Positions 63,986-64,000 of a stretch of DNA of 64,000 nucleotides are shown one piece after another; positions within the stretch are counted from its first letter, which is position 1; every line of letters starts with the position of its first letter. The translations under genes were made by a program, and so were the position numbers. The DNA comes from an uncultured Gammaproteobacteria bacterium (lineage in GTDB: Bacteria > Pseudomonadota > Gammaproteobacteria > CAWCPV01), in NCBI GenBank assembly GCA_963797555.1, contig CAWCPV010000007.1, positions 288,001 through 352,000 on the forward strand, in the 5' to 3' direction. The notes below the pieces were generated by a model. That model was given only the letters and a program-made list of their open reading frames with translations. It searched no databases and was not told the DNA's origin.

Positions 63986-64000
63986 CGCCGCGTGCCGCCG

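Overview
GC-rich gammaproteobacterial chromosomal segment. It appears to be a long-read, MAG-type assembly: single-base frameshifts hit even dnaB and rne. Conserved housekeeping blocks are rplI-dnaB-alr-radA; PilZ-trpB2-yheT-acs-dksA-aminotransferase-recJ-egtD; uup; and aguAB-lolE-lolD-comEC-exbBD-lpxK-trm112-kdsB-LMW PTP-gpmA-rne-rluC. Three accessory regions interrupt them. (1) 4.7-16 kb is an integron-like cassette array with no integrase in the window. Its first attC core is split by an ORF-less group II intron whose EBS1 loop (UAACG) pairs with the attC core. The region also has RAYT debris, hicBA, and a 5'-truncated STAND-like protein with a C-terminal nuclease domain. (2) 28.6-31.1 kb has hicBA, a RAYT relic and an intact IS630. 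(3) 33.2-48.1 kb has duplicated TA modules, a duplicated aguB, and a TerY-P-type kinase/vWA/PP2C triad. The triad is flanked by a WD40 protein and a membrane-anchored Sel1 protein that share an unnamed ~100-aa N-terminal domain. The two best leads are the attC-targeting non-autonomous intron and the TerY-P system with the shared adaptor domain. All calls come from reading the sequence; no database searches were run.
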